From positions 238,640,001-238,704,000 of the forward strand of contig NC_058368.1 of the NCBI RefSeq assembly GCF_018350175.1: 64,000 bases of DNA. Direction: 5' to 3'. The position numbers and the translations under genes are program-made. Under the pieces are notes generated by a model that was not told where the DNA came from, ran no database searches, and worked only from the letters and a program-made list of their open reading frames with translations. Below, piece after piece: positions 1 through 12,126 of this stretch. Every line of letters begins with the position of its first letter. Position 1 is the stretch's first letter. The DNA comes from Felis catus (lineage: Eukaryota).

Positions 1-207
1 GCCAGCTCCCCGAGGCCCCCTCACACCCCGTCGCCTCCACAGCGGCTGACGCTGAGCCCCCAGCTGGGTCACCCAGTGCCAGAGGGACGTGTGAAGTGAT
101 GTCCTCAACCGGGCTGACCGGGGGCCAGAGGGGGGTGCCACCGGGAGGGCTCTTGGGGATCATCACAGCAGAGGGATCTGGACACGGAAGGCTTTGCAGC
201 TCAGTTT

Positions 208-1027
208 GTATTTTTTCATCCATTTTTTTCCTGCTGCAAGAGCTTTATTGTTTCCCTTTGGTCCACGGCTCTGGAGCCGGCTCCCGCGAGCTTGGAAAAC
301 TGCCATGTGACCACAGGGAGAGGCTCAGGCACCAGTCGCGGCTCCGGGGGGACACCACAGGGGCCCCTCAGAGACTGCTGGGCTCGGAGGCTCCCAGTCG
401 TGCTTGAGGATGAGGCCTTCAAAGGGATGCTGGCCTCGCCCAGCCTGGGAGCAGCCGGCCTGCAGAGGCAGGTGAGGGGGTCGCCCATCTCCTTGACAGT
501 TCTCCTCCTCATCCAGGAAGGGCTCACCAGGAAGTCACAGAGCTGGGGGGCTGTGTGGGCAGGACCAGGGCACGCAGAGCCCAATGGGCCTGGTTCAGGC
601 TCTTCTCCAGAAGCAGGCGGCTTCCCCGGCGCCCGGGGTTTGTCCCCCTCGTCCGGGAACGGTTTCCGCACATCCTGGAAGAGGGCACGGCCGTCGCGCT
701 GATATTGTGTCTTTGAGAGATGCCCACGCCCTCCAGAGCCACGTGGTCGTGGTGGAGACAGCAGAGGGCCCGGAGAGAGGGAGACGGGGGCCCACAGGTG
801 CACGTGGACCAGGCGGTTGACCGCGGCCTCCACCTCAGGGGAGTCGTTCTGACGAATCTGGTAAAACAGGGTGTTGCAGGGGGTGGCCGGGAAGACGGCT
901 CGAAGGCGGAGACTGGAAAACAGGTTGGAGGGTGGTCGGAGGCCGGGAGACGGGGCGTCCCTGGGTCTGTTCTGTCCAAACACCGTTGAAGCAGGAGGCA
1001 GATCCGCGGGACCACGGGCGCATCGCG
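208..1027 (-). pseudogene. FTL: Processed pseudogene of ferritin light chain (FTL), including 5'UTR, IRE, 3'UTR and poly(A) remnant
   Basis: Minus-strand pieces in shifting frames match FTL: QIRQNDSPEVEAAVNRLVHVHL, HVALEGVG, QYQRDGRALFQDVRKP, LEKSLNQA, PQLCDFL, FLDEE, KEMGDPLT, FEGLILKHD (CDS remnant about 860 to 394). No introns, ATG region deleted, internal deletion, frameshifts, stop read as TGG. AATAAA at 249-244, T-rich tail 208-229 on +, 12-bp TSD GCAGCTCAGTTT at 196-207 and 1028-1039. Confidence 0.95.
966..1002 (-). promoter_or_regulatory. Iron-responsive element remnant in the FTL pseudogene 5'UTR (loop CGGUGU)
   Basis: Minus strand reads TCTGCCTCCTGCTTCAACGGTGTTTGGACAGAACAGA, matching the ferritin-L IRE (TGCTTCAACAGTGTTTGGAC) except for loop A>G. 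Confidence 0.85.
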
Positions 1028-3302
1028 GCAGCTCAGTTTTTAAAGTTGCCGTTGTTTGAACACAGCTGAGCAGACGTGTCAGCTGACTTCTCCAGTCTCC
1101 TCTCCTTGCTGGTGTCGTCGCAGGTGAGCAGCGCCTCCCTGAAGCCTCACCGGCGGCCGCAGCCTGCCGTGCACCAGGGCACTGGGCTTCCCGCGCCTGT
1201 CTGACCCCCCTATTCTGCCTTCTGCTCCCAGGTATCACTGCCCCTTCTGGGCGACCCTCACATTCCAGAACATCCTATCTTATGGAAGGTGGATGGAGCT
1301 CCTGAGAGCGTCCAAGGCCTCCGTGAAGTCTGAGAGCATTGAGGGCGCCAGGCCCTCGGGACGGGAGGACGGGAGGGGACCGCCAGGCTGGCAGCACACC
1401 GTGGACGGCCGCAGTGGGCCGTGGACGCGTGGGGATCCATAACAAACGTGGAGATGGTAAGGCCAGGGGACCACCGCAGCCCCAGGCCAGCCGGGAGCAG
1501 GGCCCAGCACGCCCCCAGGGCTGGTGGGGCGAAGTCCAGGCCAACCGGTGCCCTGAGAACCAGGGCTGAGGCCTGGAGAGGGGACCCTGAGCCAGGCGGC
1601 GGAGGAACACAGGCTGGAAGCAGGGCCATCAGGGGAAGGCCTGGCGTCGGGGGGTCGGACAAGGGCAGAGGTGGAGACGGGGAGCGGGGGCGTGTCTGAG
1701 GAAGGGCGAGCTCCCAGCGAGCAGCCCTGCTGGGCAGGGGCCAGGTGTGAAGGGGCCCCAGGAATGATGGTGGCCGACTGCCCCTGCTGCAAGGACCCCA
1801 CAGAGCCCCCAGGAGGCCGGGACCCCTCAAATGCAGCGACTCTCGAGAAGGCCCCTGGGGAGAGTCTGCATGTGGAATTGGTCCTCTCCAGACCCTGGTG
1901 GAGCAGGCTGGCACAGCAGGGGCCCCGAGCCCCCGCCCCCCAACCGGCCCTTCCCTGGGTTTTCCTGGTCCCGAGGGCCCCTTCTGTATGGAGCAGGCCC
2001 GCCCAAAGACCTCATCATCTCCAAACAGTCACATTGTCCAGTGCTGGGGGTAGGACTTCGGCACACGAATTCGGGAGAACGCTCTTCAGCAATAACAGCT
2101 GACACCGATTTCTCGTTGCTAGATCATCGGCAAGTCCGATTTACTCCATTCACAGGCCTGCGATCCCACGGGGCGCCGGCTGGTGCTGGCAATGTCTGGC
2201 CCCGGACACACACTGAGCCTTGTGCCGCCTCCAGAGTGAGGGCTGTGACCACACCCTGCACCCGTGGCTCCTGAGACCTGCCGAGAGCGGCTGAAGGGAC
2301 ACCCAGCTCTGGATCCCGTCCACCGGCAAGACCCTTCGCCCGGGGCTGAAATGTCTTGCGCACGCGGGTCCTTGGATCTTGGCCGTTTCTGCCACATGGA
2401 GGCCTGGAAGCGTCGACAGCACGACCTTTCCTGTGGCCGTAGCGCTGGCCTGGGAGCTCCAAGACGGCCCGTGCAGGACGGGCCCCCGGCACATCTGGGC
2501 CGAGACGGGAGGCTGAACCACACGGCAGAACACACGGACCCCCCGGGGGTGCGGGAGCCACAGGAGGGGGCCGGGCAGGGAGGAGCGCGGAGAGGCTGGG
2601 AACGAGCCAACCCTGGGGGAGGAATAATCTCTGGGGGCAAGCCAGGGGGCCGGCGATGGACCTCACGGGCAGGGCTGGCGTCCACGGCATCCACAGAGGG
2701 GAGGGTGAGGTGGATGGAGTATGGAGAGCGGGGAGGAGGAGCCCCAGGAGCCCCGACAGCCACACAGGAGTTAGCCTCGGAAATAGGGAGCCACCGAACG
2801 ACCCAGGTGGAGGGCAGCCTGAGTGGAGGAAACAGGAAGCACCGGATCAAGGAGGTCACGCCCTTTGTTTTCATTATCACTCTCCGGACCCCAAGTGACA
2901 GATGAACAAGTTGAAAATGTCTCAACAACAGAAGAAAGAGGCCACTTCAGCTCAGGAGTGTGACAGGCAGAACGTGGTCAGGACACTGACAGCAGGACCA
3001 GTCTCCATCTTTCCTCTGCTTCAAGCTGCCTGTAGCCTGGGGCCTCAGCACAGACGACTTCTGTCTCTTCCTAACTGCTCTGAACCTCCCCTCATCTTGT
3101 CCTGATGGGCAGGTGGACCCCATGCTCCTTCCCCATTGTACCGCTCACCACAGCTTTGTCCTTCTCTGGGCTCCTCACACATACCCTTGACTCCCCTTGC
3201 TTTCCTCCTGATAGAGTTACCTCTATCAGGAGAACTGCCACAGGGGCCCCATTTGTGTCCCCAGCCCTGTGCAGCATCTAATTTTCTTCATTCCCTGTAC
3301 CA

Positions 3303-3403
3303 TGATGGATGCATGCATGGATGAATGGAAGGATGGATGGATGGATGGGTGGATGGGTGGATGGGTGGATGTTGAATGAATGGATGGGTGGATGGATGGG
3401 TGA
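3303..3403. repeat. (GGAT)n/(GGGT)n tetranucleotide simple repeat
   Basis: ggatggatgg atggatgggt ggatgggtgg... Confidence 0.9.
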
Positions 3404-4859
3404 TGAGAAGTAGATTGCATGTACTGAATGTGTCCTGTCTTAGTCATTCTCAAAGAGCAGACGATCTGTGGTGTGAGAAGCCTTTGAGATTCAGACTGCC
3501 CACCCATGGGCAGCACCCAGGCCACCTAGAATGGGAGGCAAATCCAACTGGGGTCTGCAGCCCCTTGAAGCTTGAGGGCCACAGGCTCTGACACACTAGG
3601 GGCCCCAAACCTTGGGAAGTAGCTTGGGGAGGCCCAGAGCCAAGGTTACCCCAGGCACCCCTCGTCTGAGAGGCTGAGATGTGCAGCCCAGGAAACCTGA
3701 CCTCCCAGGGGACTGAGGGACCAAAGGAGCCCAAGGGGATCGGGTCACTATGCTGAGCGAGGCAGCAGGTCGGGTGGCCCAAGTTTCCGTGTTTACACGT
3801 CCAAGTGGGGCAGGTCTCACCATAGAGAGGGGCCCACGGCCAAGTGCCGACCCAGTGACCTGGGAGCAACGTGGCCAGGGTGGGGACGGGGGCTTCCAGG
3901 CAGGAGAGGTACAAGGTGTCCATCATGGGGCTGTCTGAGCATCTTGATCCTGGGATCCCCCGACACTGATTTCAGAACCTGGGCTGACCTGCCCAGCTTG
4001 ACCCCCACAGCACCAACACTGCTGCTGAATGAGCCCAAATAATGCCGAGGCTACCACGCACTGTGCTAGCCACAGGGTATAAGCACATGGACCACACACC
4101 CGGGCACAGGGCTTTCCACCCCCCTGCCTTGGGCCGGAAGAGGAGACCGCCACTCTAGCTGGAACATCGTCACCTAGCCCCACAGAAATCGTTCCCAGAG
4201 AGCAATTCCTCTTTCTCCCATCCTTGCCCCTCACATCCACCCCCACGGCTCATTGTCTAGACACTTGCCATCCATCCACACCAAGACCCGGCAAAAGCAA
4301 GAGGGCGGGTCAGGTTGGGGCTACGGAGCTAGGCTCAGATTGCGAGCACCTGCGGGAGTCCATCCAGCGAGGTAGGCGTCTGGACAGACCCAGGCTCCCC
4401 CAGCGGGGTAGGATGACAAGAAGGGATGGCCGTAGGGCTGGAGGGCAGCGGGGCCACTGCCTGCGGCTCAACTGCCCCTCCCATGTGCTCCTGTGTGGCC
4501 TCCCCCAGCCCCTGGCTTTGGCTTCTATCCATTCCCATCAGATGATCCCAGCCAGCCTTAGAGACAGCTCACCATGTCTGGAGTCAGTCCCGGCATCTTC
4601 CCCAGCAGAATCCTGCCACATGTGCCTCCCATGTGCCTGGTTCCTTGCCTTTCCTCTTTCCCCTCTCTTTGGCTAGACTAAACTCCTTGAGGGTTTAACC
4701 TACCTTAGCACCCAATTCAAGGGAGACGCAAAAGTTAAGCCAAATAGCCCTGAGGATGGAGGGCAGACAGTAGCCATTCCAACACTTTCCAGAAGAAAAT
4801 ACTAAGGAGAATCAATATTCACTGAATGTCAGCCCTTCTGTAAGGAAGTTCCAGACATT

Positions 4860-5100
4860 TATCCATGCTTCTGTTACCCTTCCATCCACCATTCATCATC
4901 CCTCCATTCCTCCAGCCAGCCAGCCATTCACCCACCATCCTCCTCCTCTATTATCCCTTCCCCTACCCATCCGTCAGCCCTCCCGCCCTCCCTCCACCCT
5001 CTCTCCATCCTTCCGCCTGCTCCCCATCCATCCACGCACCCATCCATATATCCCTTCATCATACATCCATCCGCCATCCATCTAGCCATCATTCCATGTT
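4860..5100. repeat. Degenerate (TCCA)n / pyrimidine-rich low-complexity tract
   Basis: Recurrent ccatcc/catccat units. Confidence 0.7.
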
Positions 5101-6864
5101 GACTTAGGAAAGTTAGAGGCACCGTATGCCATCCTGGATGCGGAAGCAAAGCGGGAACTAACACAGAAGTGTCTCCTGGGAGAACCAAGGGCCACGCTCA
5201 GCTGCTTCTGTCCAAGAAGGTGTGCTGGGTTGGCGGGAGCCATCAAACAAGCACGCAGGGGACCTCTTGGTGGGCGTTAAAAAGTGGGGAAGTGACACCA
5301 AAAGAAATACAACTCCCCGTAGGTTGTCCTGGGGACCCCGTGTGTAGGGGGCCCGGCTCTGTCTCCCCCAGATGGCCGACGAGATCCTTTGTTGGTACAG
5401 TGAGGACCCTTCAGCCAGGAAGCATCCTTCAAAGTCAGTGGGGGGGGGGGGCGGGGAGAGGGCGGGTTATTGGTTAGAGTCTCCCTGCCGCCACCTGGGT
5501 CTTGAGTGTGAACGCTCCCCGGCACAAGCCCTGCACCGGCCACCCCGCCCTTCGCCCCCAGCTTTGCCCCAGTGCCCGCTCACTGCATCTGTCCCTCGAG
5601 CTCCCGATGGCGAGTGACCACGGGCTGCAGCAGGAATCGGGACTTCCCCGCAGCAGGGCACGCGTGACAGCCACCCCATACACAGGCTCCGAGCCAGGAC
5701 ATCGCACCTCACTCTTCACGGAGTCGGGACACGGCCAGTGGCCCGTGGGCCCATCCAGTCCCGGCCGCGTATAGAGTGGGTGACGGGAGCAGTGGTCACC
5801 GGTGCTGTGCGATGAGTTCCCGTGACCCGAGACACTTCACCTCCGCACCAGGCCTGTGCGGAAGGTGCCCTCCCGATTCTCTTTCCAAACGGGAGGAAAC
5901 CCAGCCTTCGCGAGGATTTTCCTGGGGTGTCACTTAGCCGTTCCGCCCAGCGCTGTGACTACCCCCTCGGGCCTGCGTGGCCGGGCCAGCCGGGGCCCAG
6001 TCCGTGGCTGCCCCGCCTGCCCCAATCTGCAGGCTGGCTCTGGGGCTGTTCTGGGTTCTTCCTCCTCCGAGGGCAGACGCCAGCCAGGAGCGTTCTCCTT
6101 GCGGTGACAGAAGAGGTCGAGTCCCACCTGACGCACCATCGGCCCGAGCGAGCCGCCTGTCCGGCCCAGCACCACAGGGGCAGTGCGGCCCCTGACCCTG
6201 GGAGAGGCGGGCAGGGGGCGGTGTCTGCGGAACCATCGGCCAAACTCTCCCGGTGAGCCTGTGACAGGGTGAGAATGGAAACCAGCCCCTGGGGCCACAG
6301 AGGGAAGGAGGGCGGGTGATGTCGGCGGAGTTAGCCCAAGCTGGCCGCCTTGGACCCAGCATGTGCACCGGCCAGAGCCCTTCAGCACACGGTTCCGGGC
6401 ACCCCGAAAGGAGCCCGTTTGTGGAGGCCCACCCAGAGCACACGGGAGCCTTCCTGTGCCTCTCGGGGAGGGTGGGTGGGCGCCGTTGTGGGAGCCAGGA
6501 CTGGGCCCAGGAAGGCCAGGTGCCCTACGGGGGTGGCAGGTTGAGACCCACAGGAGCGCGGGGACCCGGGCACACCTTCTCCGCCCACGCGGGTGGGGGT
6601 CACCCTTGATGCCCGTGGCGGGGCCTTGGGAGGGCCCGGCTGGCAAGGCCTTCTCCGAGACTGGCCAGCACGGACATCGGCCCCTGAGGCTTGTGTCCCC
6701 GCTCGTCCCTGCCTCCCCCGGGTATCAACGGGTCATACGTTTGCTACAGAACCCAAGAAACGGATGGAGGGAAAAAATATGGATATTCCAGGATGTCATA
6801 ACCTTGCTGGCTCATTTCAATGTCTTAAAGACTATGTTTTCTCATTCATTTCATTTTTTTATCT

Positions 6865-7025
6865 CAGCCTTTTTTTGGAGCACTTTTAGGATTACAGAAA
6901 AATTCTGGAGAATACAAGAGTCCCCCCATATACCCCGCCTCCCCTGACGCCCAGCTTCCCTGGTTTTGAACATTCTGTGTTGATGTGCTACGTTTATTAC
7001 AACTGAGGAGCCAATACGGGTATGT
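6865..7025 (-). mobile_element. Ancient L1M (L1MC-like) 3' fragment
   Basis: ttttggagcacttttaggattacagaaaaatt...gagtcccccatataccc...tttattacaactgaggagccaatac resembles old L1M 3' ends in reverse; recognised by eye only. Confidence 0.55.
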
Positions 7026-7573
7026 CACTGACTTGGATCTGTCATATGTAACGTTCACTCCTTTGTGAGCCTGGCCCAGGGTCCGAGGGGCCTTGGGAAG
7101 AGAGCAGCTCCTGGCTCCTGGGCTCAGAGGAGCCGCGAAGGTGGGGGTGGGGGGCGGCCGGGGGGGGAGTGGAACCAAAACCCAGGCAGCATATAAAAAG
7201 CGAGGGAGCAGAGGGAACTCGGATCCCACCGCCTCCGAGCCCCCTGGGGGAGCCCGAGAACACCCCAGAGTGGCCGCCACGTCCCTTCCCTCCCGCCCCC
7301 CTGCAGGAATGAGGGGGGCTCCCTGCTGTCACAAGAGGACGGTGCCTTTCACACAACGGAGGTGCCCCGCTTTCCCCGGAGCCTGGATCCCAAGTGGGAT
7401 CTTGTCGCCCTCCATCATCGAGCCCGGGAGGCTCGACGTCCAGCTGGCTGTTTGAGAATAACGGTTCACGGGTTGGGGGCGGGGTTTGCGCCACGAATCT
7501 TGGAGCCTGAAAAATAAAAGTCAGTTATTCTTCCAGCAAAAATGGGTTTATTTGGAAACCCGTGCTCACGTGG

Positions 7574-9095
7574 TCAGTTAATCTTCGACAAAGAGGGAGA
7601 GAGCATACAATGAGGAAAAGACATTCTCTGCAAGAAAGGTGCTGGGAAAACTGGACGGCGACGCGCAGAAGAATGAGCCTGGACGACTTCCACACGCCAC
7701 GCACAAAAAATAAACTCAAAACAGATTAAACACCTAAATGTGAGCCTGGAAACCGTGAAAACCCTAGAGGAGAAAACAGGAAGTAATCTCTCTGACCCCG
7801 GCAGCACGACTTCTTACACGTGACACGTCTCCAGAGGACGCGGGAAACAAAAGCAAACGTGAACTACTGGGACCTCATCGAGATAAAAAGCTTCTGCACA
7901 GCGAAGGAAACAATCAACAAAACCAAAAGGCAGCCTACGGAATGGGAGGAGACATTTGCAGATGCCGTATCTGATAAAGGGTTAGTATCCAAAATCTATA
8001 AAGAACTTCTCAAACTCAACACCCCCAAAGCCAAATAATCCAGTTAGAATATGGGCAGAAACATGGCCTGGGTGGCTCAGTTGGTTAAGCATCCGACTTC
8101 TGCTCAGGTCACGATCTCAAAGTTGGTGGGTTTGAGCCCTGCGTTGGGCTCTGTGCTGACGGCTCGGGGCCTGGAGCTGCTTTGGATTCTGTGTCTCCCT
8201 CTCTCTCTGCCCCTCCCCTGCTCACTCTGTGTCTCTGTGTCTCAAAAATAAATAAACGTTAAAAAAAAAAAGAAGAAGAAATTGGCAGAAGACATGAACA
8301 GACATTTCCCCAAAGGAGATATCCAGATGGCTAACAGACATGAAAAGATGCTCAACATCCCTCATCATCAGGGAAACACAAATCAAAACCACAATGAGAT
8401 ACCACCTCACCCCTGTCAGAATGGCTAAAACTAGTAACACAGGAAACAACAGATGTTGGCGACGATGTGGAGAAAGGGGAGCCCTCCTGCACTGCTGGTG
8501 GGAATGCAAACTGGTGCAGCCACTCTGGAGAACAGTGTGGAGGTTCCTCAAAAAGTTAAAAATGGAACTACCCCATGGCCCAGCAATTGCACTACTAGGA
8601 ATTTATCCAAAGGACATAAAAATGCTGATTCAAAGGGGTACATGGACCCCAATGTTTATGGCAGCACCATCGACAGTAGCCAAAGTATGGAAAGAGCCCC
8701 AATGTCCATCGACGGATGAATGGACCAAGAAGATGTGCTTTATACATACAACGGAGGATTACTGGGCAATCAAAAAGAATGAAATCTTGCCATTTACAAC
8801 GACATGGACGGAGCTGGAGGGTATTATGCTGAGCGAGATAAGTCGGAGAAAGACAAATATCATATGATTTCACTCATATGTGGAATTTAAGAAACAAACA
8901 AATAACAAAGGGAAAAGAGACAAGCAAAAAACAGACTCTTAACTGCAGAGAAGGCTGGTCACCAGGGGGGAGGTGGGGGTGGAAATAGGTGACGGGATTA
9001 GGGACTGTCCTTGAGACGAGCGCAGGGTGCTGTACGGAAGTGACCGATGACTACTGTGCACCCGGAAGGAGTAACACCGTAGGTTAATGGGACTC
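7574..9095 (+). mobile_element. 5'-truncated carnivore LINE-1 (ORF2 C-terminus plus 3'UTR), interrupted by a SINE
   Basis: ORFs 7820-8038 ([27 protein letters not shown]) and 8340-8867 ([43 protein letters not shown]) are typical of the L1 ORF2 C-terminus and Cys-rich domain; atgatttcactcatatgtggaattta marks the ORF2 end. Confidence 0.95.
8065..8272 (+). mobile_element. Can-SINE (SINEC_Fc-type) nested in LINE-1
   Basis: cctgggtggctcagttggttaagcatccgact head, (CT)n tract, aaaataaataaac, A-tail; imperfect TSD (atgggcagaa / attggcagaa). Confidence 0.92.
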
Positions 9096-10369
9096 GAATG
9101 TTTGAGGAAGGGTTTATCCAGTAACAGCAGGGAACTACGGCTCAGGACTTGCCAGCTGGAGCGAGATGGGACGCGAGTCCGACCGACAAGGGGGAGCACC
9201 TTTATTTGGTGGAGGGGGGTGGGAGGAGCTGTTTTCTGGAGAAAAGTGGAGCTCAGGGTGTCCTCGGATTCCCGTCGGCCGCTTTCCCGGAGGAGACGTT
9301 GTGGACGCCTTCCTCCGGCCGGGCCAGCGACTGTGCTGATGCCGGGACCTGGCCGGCCGCCCGCCTCGCCTCCCGGTCTCCAGGCCCCGCTTCGGTTCAT
9401 TTTCACCAGCGGAATATTTACAGGGGAGACTCTCTGATGGCTGAGGTTCTGTTCAAAATGATGCAGGCTGGGGGTGGACGGGAGGGGTTAGCGCCTGAGC
9501 TGCGGGGGGACGGGCATCAGATCAGGCTGTCCACTTGGCTCACGCTCAGGGCCCTGCGATAAAGGTGCGGAGGAAGGCCTGGAGCGGCTCCTTCTCACTG
9601 TGGTGGCTTGTGCCACGTGGCCCAGACCCCTCGCTGCACAGGCCCGGGCTGCCCAGCGTGGACCGCCAGCCACGGCCCAGGACTGCACGGCTCAGCCGGG
9701 TCGGGGACGCGGCTGCTGGGCCTGGGCCCGACCAGCCTTCGTGGCTGGGCCCCTGGGCCCCACGTGTGGCCCCGTCTGTGCTCACGGCTGAGCGTGGGGC
9801 CCAGGGTTGGGCTGGGGGAGCGGGCAGGCAGGGCCTCATACCGGCCCTGGCTCTCGGGGGCCCTGGGGCAGCGAAGTTACTTACATAGGTCGGGTGCCTT
9901 TTCAACCAAAGCATAAACGTATTGGGGTGAAACTTCCCCCAAATAACTCAAATGCTCATCTTGGGCAAAAGTACAGTGGGCAGAAAGGGCCTAGAAAATA
10001 TTGGCTGAGAATGGTGGGGGAGGGGCAGGGCTGCGGTCCCCGTCTGTGCCGGAGAAGCGGGGTCTGTGGAGACCCCTCCCCTCGCCTGGACGGCCTCCAG
10101 AGCACCCAGATGAACCCAAGGAGGTTGTCCAGGAATGGGATGGGGTGGCCAGGTGTGCCCAGGTATGCCTTCCAGGGTGAGGACTCAGGCCCCTGCTGTC
10201 CCCTCTGTGCCACGTGGGTGGTGGTGGGGGAAGTAAGGAGAGGGTGGGTGCCGAAAGGAGTTCTCAACATCCAAAACCTTGGATCTTTCTTTCCTCCTGT
10301 GCTCACGGTGCCCCTAATACCTAACCTTTCATTATTCCTCATTAACAGAGCCCCCCAGACCTCAGCAGG

Positions 10370-10600
10370 GACATTTCCCAGCCTGCTTCACGGGCAAATG
10401 TGGCCATATGACTAAGTTCTGGCTCTTGGGTCAAGCACAGGTACTGTGTGTGACTTCTGAGTTGTGTTCTTCTGAACACAACTGCCCTTCTCTTGTCTAA
10501 CTAACTGCCCTTCTCTTGTCTCCTCCCTCTGCTGCTGGAATATAAATACGATGGCTGGACCAGGAGCAGCTATCATGGGCCATGAGGCAAATGAGTAGAA
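10370..10600 (+). mobile_element. Ancient ERVL-class LTR fragment (LTR16/LTR33-like)
   Basis: catttcccagcctg...tggccatatgactaagttctggc...gctggaccaggagcagctatcatgggccatgagg motifs; family assignment is tentative. Confidence 0.45.
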
Positions 10601-10798
10601 ATCACACACAGCTGATCACTGGCCTTCTTTAAGTCGCTGCTCAGAGATCATCTGGATGCCCGCCCCATTTACAATATCACCTTTCTAGACCCTTTGTTTC
10701 TCCATCACAGTTCTGATCTCTGCCTCCCTTTCAGAATGCGTGGTTCAAAGTGGCAGGGATATTTGTTGAACAAATAGATGTACAAAACACGTTGAATA

Positions 10799-10990
10799 GG
10801 GGCACCTGAGTGGCTCAGCTGGCTAAGCATCCAACTTCGGCTCAGGTCACCATCTCATTGGTCCCTGAATCTGAGCCGGGTGACCTGCTGCCTGTCTTCA
10901 GTGCAGACCCTGCTTGGGATCCTCTGTCTCCTTCTCTCTTGGCCCCTCCCCAACACGTGTGTGCGCTCTCTCAGAAATAAACATTTTAAA
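10799..10990 (+). mobile_element. Can-SINE (older, diverged)
   Basis: ggggcacctgagtggctcagctggctaagcatccaact head; ctctctcagaaataaaca tail. Confidence 0.88.
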
Positions 10991-11789
10991 AGAGACATTG
11001 AAAATTGTAAAGTGCTTTCCTGAAAGATGAAGTGGTAGCAGTATTAACACAAAATTAACCTGTGGCGCGTTGGCGCATTGCAGGCGCCCAGAAACACGCG
11101 GGCTAGTTTACCCCACGTTTCCTGGCCACTGTTCCCAGGCCTCACCTCCGCCTCCTCCTCCTCAGCTTCTCTCCATCCCGGTATCCGCGGCTGAGGCCAG
11201 CTGCCCCACCGAGACCGACCTCCCCGGCCAAGCGCTGAACACCCCAAAGGTCAGAGTCAGGGGGATGGGGGCAGGGGATGGGGGCATGCCAGGCCAGGGG
11301 GTCCCTCCCCGAGACTCTCAGTCCAGGATGCCTCCACCCTCGCCCACTCCAGGAAACTCTGGCCCTGGCCTCATTGTGAGTGGTCCCCGACGGCCCGTCT
11401 GCTTCTTGGGGTGGTCACCGTCCCAGACCAGAAGGAGACCTCCTGTGTTTCCCAGGACCTGGCGCTGACCCCTGCGGCCTGGTTTGGGCGAGGGGTGTCT
11501 CCAGGGCCTTGCAGACAGACCCCCAAGGCTCTGCTGTTCTGAAGGGACATATTGGCTTGGAGATCAAGACTTCCGTGTCTCACGAAGCCAATGTGCCCCT
11601 TTCCCCGGTGACCTCGCCTGAAGCCCCCACTCCTAGCTGTCCCTGCGGCCACGCCTCTCCGCTGCCCGCCGCCGCCGGGTCCCCTACTCCCGCGCCCCGG
11701 CCGCCTCCCGGGTCCCCGAGGGGGGGGCTCTACCCCTAGAGCCAGCCCCGCCCCCACCGCTGCCCCGACCCCGGCCCCCAAGCGCGCAC

Positions 11790-12045
11790 CCGGGCCCCGC
11801 CCTCCCCTCGCGGACCCGGGCCCCGCCCCCCCACGGCCCCGCCCCCGCCCTCCCCGCGCGGACCCGGGCCCCGCCCCCCACGGCCGCCCTCCCCTCGCGG
11901 ACCGGGGCCCCGCCCCCCCCCACGGCCCCGCCCCCGCCCTCCCCTCGCGGACCGGGGCCCGCCCCCCCACCGCCCCGCCCCCGCCCTCCCCGCGCGGACC
12001 CGGGCCCCGCCCCCGCCCTCCCCGCGCGGACCCGGGCCCCGCCCG
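11790..12045. repeat. GC-rich minisatellite, 6 copies of core GCCCTCCCC(T/G)CGCGGACC(C/G)GGGCCC with variable C-rich spacers
   Basis: Cores start at about 11799, 11846, 11886, 11936, 11983 and 12015; period about 32-50 bp. Confidence 0.9.
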
Positions 12046-12126
12046 CGGGCGCACTGGCGGGGCTCGAGTCCCTCAGCTTTGGCTGCGCCCGGGGACCAGG
12101 AGGCTGGTGCTGGCGCTCGGGCCACC

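Noticed and set aside
216..1238. 340-aa minus-strand ORF as a novel gene
   Set aside because: Its protein-like parts are frameshifted FTL pseudogene remnants; the rest is low-complexity sequence.
3303..5100. (GGAT)n and (TCCA)n tracts as a long-range inverted repeat
   Set aside because: Both are common degenerate simple repeats, so their complementarity is unremarkable.
7170..7230. TATAAAA at 7192 as a promoter
   Set aside because: It lies among repeat fragments with no supportable downstream exon.
8340..8867. 175-aa ORF as a host gene
   Set aside because: It is the C-terminus of LINE-1 ORF2 in a truncated copy.
1240..11600. Exons of a neighbouring gene such as SLC6A19
   Set aside because: No SLC6-like or other recognisable peptide was found on either strand; non-coding exons cannot be excluded.
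11790..12045. Repeat-spacer pattern as a CRISPR-like array
   Set aside because: The spacers resemble each other, the DNA is mammalian and there are no cas genes; it is a minisatellite.
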